64,000 nt of DNA from Ranitomeya imitator (GCF_032444005.1 NC_091284.1:513422001-513486000), one strand, 5' to 3'. Shown: positions 39,469-53,114, counted from the first letter of the stretch. Program-made: numbers and translations. The notes: generated by a model not told the origin, from the letters alone.

Positions 39469-41953
39469 GGGGTTCCTTTTCGGTAATTCCCCAAGAGATA
39501 AAAAGACCCCTAAGTGACACCTCCCCCAGGGTGGGAGGGAGATTGTCTCAATACCTTCCGGCCTGGGAAAAAATCTCAACCAGCATCTGGATTTTGAACT
39601 TCATAAAAATGGGACTTCAAATAAACTTTACTTCCCGTCCTCCCCAAAACTATGTGGTCACCCCACTAAAATCCTCACCTCAGCAACAACATGCATTGGA
39701 ACAAGAAATTACAAAGCTCATTAACAAAGACGTCAATCAAGAAGTTCCCCCACTGGAAAGAGGGACAGGGTTTTATTCCCCACTGTTTCTGGTTCCAAAA
39801 CTGGATGGTTCCTTCCACACAATTATAAACTTGCGGAAGCTAAACAGTTATGTAAAGAATCAAAGTTTCAAAATGGAATCAATAAAATCAACAATGAGAA
39901 ACCTGTTTCCAAATTGCTTCATGATAGTGTTGGATCTCAGCAATGCATATTATCATGTCCCCATCCACAAGAACTCCCAGAAATACCTCAGACTAGCAGT
40001 AGTCATGGGAGGAGAAGTACGGGAATACCAGTACAAAGCCCTTCCCTTTGGCATTTCAGTGGCACCCCGTAAACCGTATTTTTCGCTTTGTAAGACGCTC
40101 CGGATTATAAGATGCACCCCAAATTTTGAGAAGAAAAATAGGAAAAAAACAAAACTTTTTTTAATTGGTGGGGCTTCTTATAATCCATGCGTCTTATTGC
40201 TTACCAGGGGTTGTGGCTGCGGTGGATCAGGGTCGTTGCTGGAGGCAGTAGTGGAACATTGCTGCAGGCTGGGATGAGGGGGTCTGCATGGGGGCTCCTG
40301 TGCTGCGGGGGTGTCTCTGGTGTGTGTGTGTGGGGGGGTCTCTGCCGACATTTTGTGGAAGGCCAGAGCCCCCGGCAATTAGTCCGTGCTTTCCTGTGCG
40401 CAGAAGGAGATCTTGAGACCAAGATCTCGAGAGATGAGATCTCAGCGCTGAAATCTCATCTCTCGAGATTCCGGCGGCCATTTTCCCGGAGTCCATCACA
40501 CAGGAAAGCATGGACGAAGTGCTGGGGGGCTCTGGCCTTTCACAAAATGTCGCCAGAGCCCCCCGCAGCATCGGAGCCTCCAGCATCACCCTGGACAGCA
40601 GCGGACAACTGCGGCGGCGGACACCCCTCATCCCAGCCGGTAACGGTATATCCGCTTTGTAACGCACACCCCCATTTCCCCCCCAAATTTGGGGGAAATA
40701 AAGTGCGTCTTACAAAGCGAAAAATACGGTATTTACCAAATTGATAGCAGAAATGATGGCCCATCTAAGAATAAAAGACATTTTAATAGTACCATACTTG
40801 GACAACTTTCTAATTGTCAGCAATTCAGCCCAACACTGTCGCCAACAATGTGACAGAGTAATAAAAACTGTAACAGAGTTGGGCTGGATTCTAAATCTCC
40901 AAAAATCAAAACTAGAACCGACCAGAGTTCAAGAGTTTTTGGGCCTAACTTTTGACTCGATAACACAGGAATGTCGTCTTCCAGACAAGAAAAAAACAAA
41001 AAATATTAAATCTTGTCGGAAGAGATTGCTCAAACCCTCATGACCTTGAGAGGTGCGATGTCATTACTGTGGTCCCTTTGTGCCTGCCTCCCAGCAATCC
41101 AGTGGGCACAAATCTACACGAGAATCCTACAGTGGGATGTTCTGAGGAATCAGATTACACTAAAGGCACATCTAGAAGGGCATATGACTCTAAATTCAGA
41201 CACTATTCATTCCCTAGCTTGGTGGTTGGATTCCAACAACCTATCAAAGGGGGTTCCTTGGGTAATAGACATATCCCGGATAGTTAACATGGATGCGAGT
41301 CCCACGGGGTGGGGAGCTCACCTGGGCAACAGTATCACTCAGGGAGTCTGGACAGATCAAGAATACGGAGCATCCTCAAACCAAAAAAAAATTTGGGCGG
41401 TGAGCCACGCTCTATCATACTTCCTTCCCAGCCTGCAGGGGCATCATGTCCGAGTTTTCTCGGACAATCAGGTGCTGGTAGCCTACCTGAACCACCAGGG
41501 GGATAATGTCTCAAGCCCTAATGAAGGCCACTTCCCAAATCTTCACTTTAGCAGAAAACAACTTCCTATCCCTCTCTGCATTACAGATAAAAGTGGTAGA
41601 GAACCAAAAAGCAGACTTCTTAAGCTGTACTCATTTAAAACGAGGAATGGACACTGAATCAAAGCGTCTTCGATCAGATCACCAAACTATGGGGGGGTCC
41701 CTGTAATAGACCTTTTTGCCAATGTAGAGAACAGGAAAGTAAAAGAATTTTGTTCTCTAGACCCCAGAGGAGGCCCTCAGGCACTGGATGCATTCACGAT
41801 TCCCTGGACGCAGGGTCTCGCATATGCCTTTCCCCCCCTCATATACTTACCCTGGCAGTTCTGCAGAAAATCAGACAGGACAGGGCGAGCCTCATTCTAA
41901 TAGCCCCCTTCTGGCCCAAAAGGACCTGGTTTTCCTGGCTGAGGATGCTATAG
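39450..41953 (+). pseudogene. DIRS RT-RNase H-methyltransferase remnant, interrupted by a MITE and frameshifts
   Basis: VGGRL..., FYSPLFLVPK, DLSNAYYHVPI, ALPFG, YLDN (normally YLDD), DASPTGWGAH, FSDNQ; MT motifs IDLFA (~41706) and AYAFPP (~41820). Confidence 0.85.
40074..40729. mobile_element. Tc2/pogo-like MITE inserted in the DIRS RT
   Basis: TIRs CCGTATTTTTCGCTTTGTAAGACGC / GCGTCTTACAAAGCGAAAAATACGG; TA at 40730-31 (left copy reads AA). Removal restores APR-IFTKLIAEM. Confidence 0.85.
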
Positions 41954-41998
41954 GTCACCGATCCCTTTGTTCTTCCGGATCTCCTATCGCAGGGACCG

Positions 41999-43061
41999 GT
42001 GTTCCACCCTCAGTCAGAAGAGTCTCCACTTGACAGCGTGGCACTTGAGAGGTCAATACTAAAAGCAAGGGGCTTTTCGGATAAATTAGTGTCCACACTA
42101 TTGAAAAGTAGGAAAACCGTAACAACTAAAATCTATGGCAAAACCTGGAAAAAGTTTCTGTCCACCTCTGGGGTAAATTTACAAGATGGGTTCAAGTTGC
42201 TAAAGTATTAGAATTCCTACAAAAAGGCTTAGATCTAGGCCTCTCGGTAAGCACCTTAAAGGTGCAAATAGCGGCTTTAGGGGCATTATACAGTGAGAAT
42301 ATAGCCGCTAATTCATGGGTAACAAAGTTTATTAAAGCTGCTGTAAGATCTAAACCCATAAACCTAAAAAGACTACCAACCTGGGATTTAAATTTAGTCT
42401 TGTCAGCTCTAACAGAACCCCCCGTTTGCACCCATAGATTTGATACCACTTAAAACGGCCCTTCGCACAGCTTTAACATCTGCCCGTAGAATAAGTGATC
42501 TCCATGCCCTATCTGCAAATCCTCCCTTCACGCAAATCATGGATGATAGGGTAGTACTAAGAACAGACCCTGCTTATCTACCCAAGGTTGTGTCCAATTT
42601 TCATAGGTCCCAGGAGATAATCCTTCCTTCCTTCCTTCTGCCCAAATCCTAAAAATAAGAAAGAGGAAAAATTCCACACATTAGATTTGAGAAGGTGTCT
42701 AGCTCAATACTTAGAATCCACCGAACAGCACAGGAAGGAAGGGTCTCTCCTTATCTGCTTTCAGGGACCCAGGAAAGGATTCAAAGCCTCCAAAAGCACT
42801 ATAGCTCGCTGGGTAACAGATGCGATAGCCTTGGCGTACTCGTCCACTGGAAACACAGTTCCTGAGAGGTTCAAAACGCACTCTACAAGAGCTATGTCGA
42901 CCTCCTGGGCCGAAAGGTTGGAGGTATCAATAAACAAAATCTATAAGGCGGCCACCTGGTTATCACCTTCAACCTTTTTTAGACACTTCCGCTTAGACCT
43001 AGCCTCTTCATCTGACTTAACCTTCGGAAGAAGGGTTCTGCAGGCTGTGGTCCCTCCCTAA
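41999..43061 (+). pseudogene. DIRS tyrosine recombinase remnant
   Basis: SARRISDL, HSTRAMSTSW, W-S-STFFRHFRLD (Phe at the catalytic Tyr position); several frameshifts. Confidence 0.85.
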
Positions 43062-46000
43062 GCAACAATCTCTGAAATTCTCTCTGGTAGTGCTGTCATG
43101 GGCGACTGAGAAAAGCATAGTTACTTACCGATAACGGTATTTCTCAGAGCCCATGACAGCAGCTGCTTATTCCCCCCCACCCCCTTGTCACATGTGCGGT
43201 GAGCATCTTATTATATGAAATGTGTATTTTTATTATAGACACGGTGTATACCTGTTAAGCAATATGTTAAAAGTGTATATCTTCTTGTCACTAACCTGGA
43301 GGACCTCTGATGCTCCTGTAAATCAAACTGACGCAGGGGAGAGGCTGAGGATCGCTTTCTTTGTGCATATGGCTTGCGCTGTGACTGCTGCGGCGGCTGG
43401 AGCTACAGATCGCTGTCCTCCATTATTAGGACTGCATGCAGCAAGGAGATACTTCCGTGGTGTCTTTTTAAAAGAAATTTTGCCCCAATCCACCCCCTCC
43501 TCCAGGGCTGCGTCATCGGGAAGCGCTGATCCCCATGCATTGATCTGCGCACGCGCGTGCTGCCTGGGACCCGGAAGTAGAGATGTACTAGATCCGGGGC
43601 GGTGGCCATCTTGGTGCACCTCGCATACCATGCGCATGGACCCGCCCCAAATCAGGAAGTGCTTGAATGCAGAAGCAGACATACCGGGTCCCCGAAGCCC
43701 CTACCCCATTCCGGGGAGACGGCTGCGCTTCCCTCCGCGCACTCTGCAGACCCCCTCGGTCCCAGCAGTGGTGGCGTCGGACACCGCATCAGCTGTGACA
43801 GGGGCCTCCCCGCCGTCAAAGCTCGACTGGCCGGCTCCAGATCTTCAGGTACCGATCCTAGAGGGTTTCCTGTCAGGGACAGGAAACCAAACTGACGCAG
43901 GGGAGAGGTACCGCCCTTTTATCCTATAGGTTTCCTGTCCCTGAAGGGCGCATTCCCTCTCTCTGGTAGTGCTGTCATGGGCTCTGAGAAATATCGTTAT
44001 CTGTAAGTAACTATGCTTTTTTTTTCTCTTTCATAGCTTGTTTAGAAAGGTCAAATATGCTTCGAATATGCACAAAATAGCAGTAGTCATTCTGTGCACA
44101 TAGACTGCCACTGTTCTCAGCAGCTCATCCTGTTTATGCAAGATGTGCTCCTGAGAAACAATTCTTCAAATAGCATTAAAGTCCATAGGACTGTGGGTGT
44201 ATATATATGCCTTGACACAAACAGGCTTGACACTAGGTGAAAGTTTTGGCTCTGCATGATTGACTGTACCTGCTCCATGGACCTAGTGTCCATAGGAGGT
44301 AGAGAAGACTAGAGTTCTGCTGCACTTTTTTTTTTTTTCTTTCCTGACGTGGTGAAGATGTTCCCAACCTCATTTTCACCATCCTATGACAGCGTTTATT
44401 CTACAATAGTGTACCTCCCACATGAAAGCCATTTCATCACTTTTCACCTCATACCCATGACTACTGCTGTAGATAAGAACCAGTGACCCCACAAATTATG
44501 CAAGGCCACCAAAGGTGTTGCCTTGTGGGTAACCAAAGATGTTGGATTGTTGAGTATATTCCCTGTCCCCACCACTGGATTTACTTCAAATGTTCCTCTA
44601 CAAGGGGTTTGCAGTGATTAACAGGGTCCCTCTGGCTCGCATTGCCAACGTCCAGGCTGCTGTTGACTGCAGAAGGTGTTACCACGCCACTGGAAGGGCT
44701 TACTGATTGTGGCCCTGGTTTTAGTTGCAACTAGTGTTCTACCCCTAAGGCAGCCTGATCAGAAAGTAGGCTTTTACTCCTGAAAAAGTACTACCCTGTG
44801 CATTGCGAGGATGTTAAACAAAAAAAAACTCCTGTGCCGAGAATCTTCTCAATGTGCCCCTTCTGTGTAAAGGCTGTCTGACCGTGCAGGAACATAGTTT
44901 GATCATGCCACATCTACTGGCCAGGGGAGGCATGGGATCACAGCTGGTGCTTTGAGGTAATACATTTTCCCTTCCTGTTGTGGAGGTTGGTTTTGAAGAT
45001 TAAAGCTCTTTTTAAAAGTTTAATGGTGAAGCTGAGAGGCAGCAAAAGGCAGGGTCATGAGAAGTTTCCTTGAGCCTGACTAGGAAAGAATGGAACTTGG
45101 GGCATACATATAGCTGCATGAATAAACATTGTAGAGGAATACTCCAGGGTACTTCACAAGCTTGGAGTATTTAAAGGGTCACAATTGTTTTAGCCATGCA
45201 TTGGAAACTTGACTCAGGAAGAGATGCGGATCTGTACTAAGGCTATAGTGGAACATTTAAAGAATTTAGCAAATTTCAGATGTCTGTCAGTCATCCTTCC
45301 TGAAAGGAGGTTGCCATGATCAAAAGCAAGATAATGGGCTTGGGAGTCCACTATTGGGAAAAAGGCTTTTAATTTTAGGTGGTCCTCAGGGAATATGCAT
45401 TAAGTCAATATGCTTGTTACAGTATTGGTCAGGGAATATGTACTTCCAGGAAATATTAAAATCGGTGACCTGGAACCACCAATGAAAGCGTTAAGTGAAG
45501 GAAGTTGTGGAATCCAAACCTACCCTTTTCTATAAGCAGAATAATGTTGCCTGTAAAAGAACATCTGAATCAGCATCACTTACCTACACCCATGGCAGAA
45601 GATGGAGAGAGTATCCATATGAGACCACCTGCACACGTGCAATATTTTACATCAGTATCTGTAAGCTAAAACCAGGAGTGGAACAACTAGAAGAAAAATA
45701 GAAACACGTCACCACTTCTGCATTTTTTCAACCACTCCTGGTTTTAGTATACAAATACCAATCGTGGCCTGACGGTATTACTCTTATAAAAGGTAGTAAG
45801 TATACAGCTAGACAACCGAAACACAAGTGGGGATTGCCTATCAAACAATCCCCACATGTGTTTGGGGTGGGGGGGCACATGGACTACAGAAAGTGCCAAT
45901 TGAGGGGGAAAAAAAAAAAAATGTTGCCGTGGAGTGAGGCAGGGGCCACACACACACTAATAAAAGTTGCTGCAGACATGGATGGAGAGGAAAATACGTT

Positions 46001-46240
46001 CAGTGAGGCCACCGGCAAGTGTGGAGCTAGGCGTTAGGAACTACCTCGAAGGCCGATACTGTCCTACAGTCTTCATGCAGAAACAGAGTGACCATAGAAT
46101 CTCTATCCACAAACAAGACACTCTGGACTGAAGAAAAGCGCATCTTGATGAAGAAGTCTCAAAACCAAATGGCTGCTAAATGTCTCTTCCTACAAAGTCC
46201 ATGGGCTGGGATAGAGCGAGGCACAACTGTTATCAGTTGA

Positions 46241-46792
46241 TAGTGATGAGCGAACGTGAGCAGATATTGTATTCTCCAACCATCTGTGAGTGCTTGTATA
46301 TTATGCTCAATTCCCCGTGCCTGCATGATTTGCGGCTGTTAGGGTATGTTCGCACAGTCAGTAAACGCTGCGGGTTGGACACTGCGTACATCCGCAGCGG
46401 CCAGATGTTACAGCATAGTCAATGGGATTTCAAGAAATGCCATGTCCACTATGCATGCACCCTACGGAGGCATATATGCGCCGCATCTCTCCAGACCGCA
46501 GCATGTCTATTTATCTTGCAGAGATTGCACGGTTCAACGAACACATGTGGAATCACCACGGGTACAAAAGCCGGCAGCACTATGGATGGAGCTGCGTTCA
46601 AAGCGCTGCCAAAATAATGTGGAAACATACCATTAGACAGTCTCAAGACATGCGGTGACTGCCTGTTTGTTGGGCAATCCCCATGTTTTCAGGCTGTCTA
46701 ACAGCCTCAAATCATGCAGCTGCAGGGACTTGAACATAATATACGAGCAATCCCAGATATGACGTTATTCCGAGAACATTTGCTCATCACTG
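46241..46792. mobile_element. hAT-type MITE with nested Harbinger-type MITE (46342-46632)
   Basis: Outer TAGTGATGAGC...GCTCATCACT; inner GGGTATGTT...AACATACCA flanked by TTA at 46339-41 and 46633-35. Outer TSD not clean. Confidence 0.7.
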
Positions 46793-47905
46793 TTGATAAT
46801 CCATCCTAAGAAATCTATGAAGTGCAAAGTGATCAGGAAACTGGACTATTATCCTCTCCGAATGGGGTCTTCATCAAAACATTTTCCAGGTAGGTGGATT
46901 ATTAACACCCCTTCGACACAAAGTAATGCCATGAGGGAAACAAGGACTTTGGTGAAGACCCTGAGAAATGTTACAAGTTGGAAGGGTAGGGCAGGAAACT
47001 GGAAATAAAAAACAGTGAAGAGAAGGAAGTGCAGGTGTGAACTAGATTTCAGAATATGAAACTATGTTGAGCAGATGTCAACCAAAACATAGGAACTCTC
47101 CTTGTGCTAGTGACTCGACTATGAATTGCAGAAATTCCAGGCAAAACCCGATTCATAATGTCCAAAATCACGTGGTTTCCCCATGAAACATAAAGGTATC
47201 TTTTCACATAAATATCTTTAATACTCTCATACAGCAACACTTTACCAGGAAGCAGCAAAATGATTGGACCTGTGCTACTGTGCAAAGATATGAAATTGGG
47301 GTTGAATAAAACTTTACCTAAGCCAACAAAAGACTGATCCCAAAGTTGTTAAATACATAAATGTAGCAACTGTTTTTATGGTGGCAGTAAAGGTAGAGCA
47401 GCAATTGCAGCTGGGTAAAAAGGTGAATGCCCCATTCACCATCATTCAACGATACAGACCTTTGTGCAAGAGAAACTGAAACACAAAGATTCATACAGAA
47501 TTTACACAGCTGTTGACCAGAAACTACATGAGGCTGATGGTATATTAAAATGGTCTTTTGATCACACAGCTTTTAATAAAGAAAACCAACATTCAGCTGT
47601 TCCTCTAACACACAAGACACATTGCAATTGCAAAAATTAATTTTAATCCAAACATGTCCAATAAACATAGGTTCAGAAACCTAAACTTTATAGATATATA
47701 TATATATAAAAAATTATTACAACCTGCAATGTTTGGTTTTGAATACCATTCTTACAACTGTGGTTAATAAAACAATCTGTGCAAATTCACAAAATAAGCC
47801 AACCATTTAAATAGTTTTTACACATAAAGGGCGCACACTTTATTGGCATAGCCTAAATGGTAAGTGCTAAATTATGTACAATTAGTTATGCTTTTATACA
47901 GAAGG

Positions 47906-48429
47906 TCAAAGGACCTCGGACACCTGGCCAACCTCTACTTCCACAGTTTCAATGTGATCAGTCTCTTCAGGAAGCTTCACCCCTTGTTGTTGGGCCAGTA
48001 CATAGTTTACTACTTGCATGATGCTATGGTCAGAAAGAGAAGACACTGCTGTTGAGCCATCTTGGGTGCCAGACTCATCTTCAATGACATCTTCAGATAC
48101 TTCAGATACTAAAACAGTCTCAATCTCCTCAGATACAATTTCTGAGTGTGACTGTCCAATGTCATTTGGCAGAAAACTGACAGCATGTTCAACCTGGGTT
48201 CCTTGGTGGTGAAACTGTAAGCTGTCTTTCTCCAACATAATTTTGCAAGGAATATAGTTATTGTGATACTTGGTCATGTGTTTGCGTAGGTTGCGGGCAT
48301 CGATGTAGGCTTCATTGCACACAGGGCAAACGTATGGCCTCTCTCCTGTGTGCGTCCTTACGTGGCGTTTTAGAGAACGTGCATCGGCCCAGGCTACACC
48401 ACATGTTAGGCACTCAAATGGTTTTACCC
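47906..48429 (-). CDS. zbtb11: ZBTB11 last coding exon (two C2H2 fingers + acidic tail)
   Basis: GVKPFECLTCGVAWADARSLKRHVRTHTGERPYVCPVCNEAYIDAR...CKIMLEKDSLQFH...SLSDHSIMQVVNYVLAQQQG matches the ZBTB11 C-terminus; acceptor ttattttttaaag at 48430, phase 1. No upstream exons found in the window. Confidence 0.93.
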
Positions 48430-50430
48430 CTTTAAAAAAATAAGCACAGTACATTACATAAGCAGTAATTATACAACACACCGAGGAAAGCAGATACATC
48501 ACATATGGCAAATTACACATTTTATTTGGATAACATTTATCTAATAAAGCTGACCATACTAACCAGAATGGGCCGATTCCATTTTCACTTTAAGTACCTA
48601 AAAAACTATTATTTGGGATAATATTGTTGATTGGACACATTTGCACCGATTGATCAAACCAGGAGATGTGTTTGTCATGTAGTGGATCACCACTGGCTAG
48701 TCAACAAAAGTAAAAGTCAGCTTGTTTGGCTAATGAAAGTCAATAATCACGGTCGCCTTTTACATCAGAAGAACGTTGCTCAAGTGTTAATTTTGGTGAT
48801 ATTTGCCTGAATAGTGTTCAAAAATGCAGAGTAAACTGCACAGTGTATAGCGGTATTTGCATGAGCATGCATCTGGCAGAATGTTTCAAATGGTCCCATT
48901 GACCACAGTTCCAGAATTAGTGTAAGGGGAGAGTCACGCGGCTGTATAAATCTGACGAGGATCGCAAAGCAATGCTTGGACTTTCCATCGGCTCACCCAA
49001 TAGGAGTTGGACAACTGCATAGAAATACATGTTCTCATGCTGGAGTGAGGAGAGCGAATGGCTAATCCAAGCATTGCATTGCTACCCTTGTACGAGTTAT
49101 ACGGTCGTGTAATTCTCCTGTAAAAATTAATATGATTATGATGTCCATTGTTTCCCGCTAACCACTACATAAGTAATCCTAATCGAGTATTTTCAGCGTG
49201 CTTGAAAAAAAACAAATGCTCGAGTCACCGCCGCTTCATGTCTCGCGTCTGTTTGTTAAGCAATCCTTGAATGTGTTTCAGCTGTCAAACAGCTGCTAAA
49301 CATGCAGTGGTGGCGACTCAAGCATTTTTTTTCCCCAAACACGTCGAAAATACTATGACATGAGCGTGCTAGGATAACATCTCATCAGAGCACGCTCACT
49401 CATGACTAGTATACACATAGTGCTGTATGAAGTGGTCACCAGCCAGTATGTGTACAAGTACAGACACAGAGGGCTATTAAGTTCATGGAGGATATATGAA
49501 AGAATGTTATGTAGAGTTGAGCAAAATTTTCAAAATTCGGTTCCGATTACAATCAGCGGGAATATTGGTTTTGCAATATTTGTTTAACATTGCTGAACAT
49601 CGCCGGTGAAAACAGGAGTAGAAATTACGGAATATGTTCAGAACCGATCATCAAATATAAATTTTGCACAAATATGGCAAATTCATATTTGGCGACTAAA
49701 TCCAAACATTCGCTCAACTCCAGTTATGAGGTAATCAGATATGGAAGAAAATTTTGGAAGGGCAAAACGGAAATAGTTATCGTATATATACTAGAGTATA
49801 AGCCGACCCCCCTAACTTTGCCACAAAAAACTGGGAAAACTTAATGACTCGAGTATAAGCCTAGGGTGGAAAATGCAGCAGCTACCGGTAAATGTCAAAA
49901 ATAAAAATAGATATCAATAAAAGTAAAATTAATTGAGACATCAGTAGTTTGTTTTTGAATATCCATATTGAATCGGGAGCCCCATATAATGCTCCATACA
50001 GTTCATGATGGCCCCATAAGATGCTCCATACAAAATACGCCCCATATAATGCTCCATACAGTTCATGATTGCCCATAAGATGCTCCATACAAAATACGCC
50101 CCATATAATGCTCCATACAGTTTATGATGGGCTCCATAAGATGCTTCATATTAAAATATGCCCCATATAATGCTGCACAAATGCTGATTATGGCCCCATA
50201 AGATGCTCCGTAGACACATTTGCCCCGTATAATGCTCCACAAAGGTGGATTATGGCTCCATAAGATGTTCCATACAGATATTTGCCCCATATAATGCTGC
50301 ACATGGCACCATAAGATGCTCCATACAGATATTTGCCCCATATAATGCTGCACAAATGCTGATTATGGCCCCATAAGATGTTCCATACAGATATTTGCCC
50401 CATATAATGCTGCACATGGCCCCATAAGAT

Positions 50431-53114
50431 CAGTGGCGTATCTAGGGGGGGGCAGCCGGGGCATGTGCCCCGGGCGCAGCTGGCAGGGGGGCGCAGTTGG
50501 GCCGCCAAATGTCTCCCCTGGCAGCTGCATTCTGCCGCCCTGCACTCGGAGTCAGCTGTTCTCTGTGTCGGACTGTCAAGCTGACATCCGGCACAGAGAC
50601 GCTGCAGCGCGCGGCTCCCAGTGTTCAATTATACTCGTATCTTACGGACATGAGTACAATTGAACATCTGACTGCAGTGCCTGTCTAGAATGGAGCTGAT
50701 TTTGGGAGGTAAGATGTCACCGGAAGGGGCGGGGCCTCCTTCAGTCCAGTGAAGACAGATAGCAGGAACCAGGAAGCTGCTGGAGTCGTGAGGAGGACTG
50801 AGGGTCTGCAGCATGCAGCCATGTGAGGAGATTACCGAGGTGTGTGGGGATTGGAGGGATAATGATGAGGGGCTGTGTAGTGGATGATGAGAGGCTGTGG
50901 GGATTGGAGGGATAATGATGAGGGGCTGTGTAGTGGATGATGAGAAGCTGTGGGGATTGGAGGGATAATGATGAGGGGCTGTGTAGTGGATGATGAGAGG
51001 CTGTGGGGAATGGAGGGATAATGATGAGGGGCTGTGTAGTGGATGATGAGAGGCTGTGGGGAATGGAGGGATAATGATGAGGGGCTGTGTAGTGGATGAT
51101 GAGAGGCTGTGGGGAATGGAGGGATAATGATGAGGGGCTGTGTAGTGGATGATGAGAAGCTGTGGGGATTGGAGGGATAATGATGAGGGGCTGTGTAGTG
51201 GATGATGAGAAGCTGTGGGGATTGGAGGGATAATGATGAGGGGCTGTGTAGTGGATGATGAGACGCTGTGGGGAATGGAGGGATAATGATGAGGGGCTGT
51301 GTAGTGGATGATGAGAGGCTTTGGGGAATGGAGGGATAATGATGAGGGGCTGTGTAGTGGATGATGAGAGGCTGTGGGGAATGGAGGGATAATGATGAGG
51401 GGCTGTGTAGTGGATGATGAGAAGCTGTCTGGGGAATGGAGGGATAATGATGAGGGGCTGTGTAGTTGATGATGAGACGCTGTGGGGAATGGAGGGATAA
51501 TGATGAGGGGCTGTGTAGTGGATGATGAGACGCTGTGGGGAATGGAGGGATAATGATGAGGGGCTGTGTAGTGGATGATGAGAGGCTGTGGGGAATGGAG
51601 GGATAATGATGAGGGGCTGTGTAGTGGATGATGAGAAGCTGTGTGGGGAATGATGATGGGCTGTGAAGTGGATGATGAGGGGCTGTGTGGGGAATGGAGC
51701 ATGATGAGGGGCAGTGTGGAAAAAGAAGGAATGATGAGGGGCTGTGTGGGAGAAGGGGGGTGATGAGGGGCTGTATGCTGGTGATGGGCTGTGTGGGGAA
51801 TGGGGGATGAGAGGCTGTGTGGGTGATAATGAGGGCCTGTGGGGAATGGGGGGATGATGAGGGGCTCTGTGGAGAAGCGGGGTGATGAGGGCCTTTTTGG
51901 GGAATGATGAGGGCCTGTGGGGAATGGGAGGATGATGAGGGACTGTGTAGGGGTGATGAGGGGGAGATGGGGTTGATGAGGGGCTGTGTGGGGGATCAGG
52001 AGATGGGGGTGATGAGGGGCTGTGTGGGTAATGGGGGGATTTATTGTGTGGGGTTGAATTGGAGTGGAGATGGGAGATTTGAGGACACAAAATGAACAGC
52101 AAAGGGGGTGATGGGGCACAGAATAGAAACTGAGTAGTGGATTCGTAGCATGGGGGCAGTGTAAGGGCACAGCCAGGAGGGGACAGTATACCAAGGAGGG
52201 GGAGTGTGATGAGAGAGTACAGTATAAATACTGGGCCCTATATGGGGGACACAGTGTGAGAGGACAGTGTGAAGAGGGGACCGGTATGGAAAGGAGAGGT
52301 CAGTGTGAAGAGCATGTACCATAAGAGGGACAGTGTGGGGGTCATATTTTGTGAAGACAATATAGTGAGGGGCAATTTTTCATTCAGGAGCATTATAATG
52401 ACATTTGTATCTTTAAGGGCATCGTAAAGATGAAGAAAAGAAGAACGACTCCAGAGACGACATCATCTATAAGGTACCTGGATGTAAATGTTATTTGTGA
52501 TACTGACTAACTCTCATGTTTTTATTTATGTTAGGAGCATTAAAGGGGATGTCCAGGTTTGTAATGAGTCTGCAGTCATTCTTCGTGACTGCAGACTTCT
52601 GAGTTCTCACAGTGCTCATTGCACGCTGTCAGGATTCTCTCGTGCTGGCAATTTACATACATGTGGTCACGTGCTGACTAGACATGTGTGGCCTCCGTCA
52701 ATGAAAATGAACTGAGCGAGGCTGGGCACGTCTAGTCGGAATGTGTTCAGAATTATACAAATCACATGCTTGTACTGACATGACCGTCCACCAGCAAGGG
52801 AGAATCCTAAAAGTGTCCAGTGCATTCGTTGTGAGAATTCAGAAGTCTGCGATGTTAGGATTCAGGTCAGCAGGTTCCAGTAGTCGTCACATGGACACCT
52901 CACTCATATGTGACTTTCACACTTATGGTCTGGTGACAACGAGCTTTTCTTCTGCTTCTCAGTTTTTCACTGAACATTGAGAGCATTAGGGAGAGGAGCT
53001 TGTGGGTACATGACTAAGTGCGCAAATCGCATATGTGCTGGGGGGGGGGGAAGAGTGGGGGGGCGCCAAAATGAATTCTTGCCCCGGGTGCCAGAAACCC
53101 TAGATACGCCTCTG
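50431..53114. mobile_element. Non-autonomous hAT element (2684 bp) nested in the Tc2-like element
   Basis: TIRs CAGTGGCGTATCTAGGG / CCCTAGATACGCCTCTG; exact 8-bp TSD CATAAGAT at 50423-30 and 53115-22. Confidence 0.88.
50840..52040. repeat. G-rich ~53-bp (30+23) minisatellite inside the hAT element
   Basis: GTGGGGA(A/T)TGGAGGGATAATGATGAGGGGCTGTGTAGTGGATGATGAGAGGCT repeated, degenerating rightward. Confidence 0.92.

Larger units (their letters stand above)
37413..44019 (+). mobile_element. DIRS1-like tyrosine-recombinase retrotransposon, full length but decayed
   Basis: Starts TTTCTCAGTCGCCCATGACAGC; inverted terminal repeats; internal complementary region at ~43079-43161 matching both termini; gag, RT, RNase H, methyltransferase and YR remnants in the canonical order. 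Confidence 0.92.

Noticed and set aside
46128-46160. Possible hammerhead ribozyme core (CTGAAGA; also CTGATGA at 3583)
   Set aside because: I could not find the matching stem II-GAAA and closing helices by eye; a covariance-model search would be needed.
48430-48520. N-terminal part of the 204-aa ORF (MCNLPYVMYLL...)
   Set aside because: Intronic sequence upstream of the zbtb11 acceptor at 48430.
50629-52194. 521-aa and 453-aa His/Pro/Ser-rich ORFs
   Set aside because: The C-rich strand of a minisatellite inside a TSD-bounded hAT element simply lacks stop codons; low complexity, no coding evidence.
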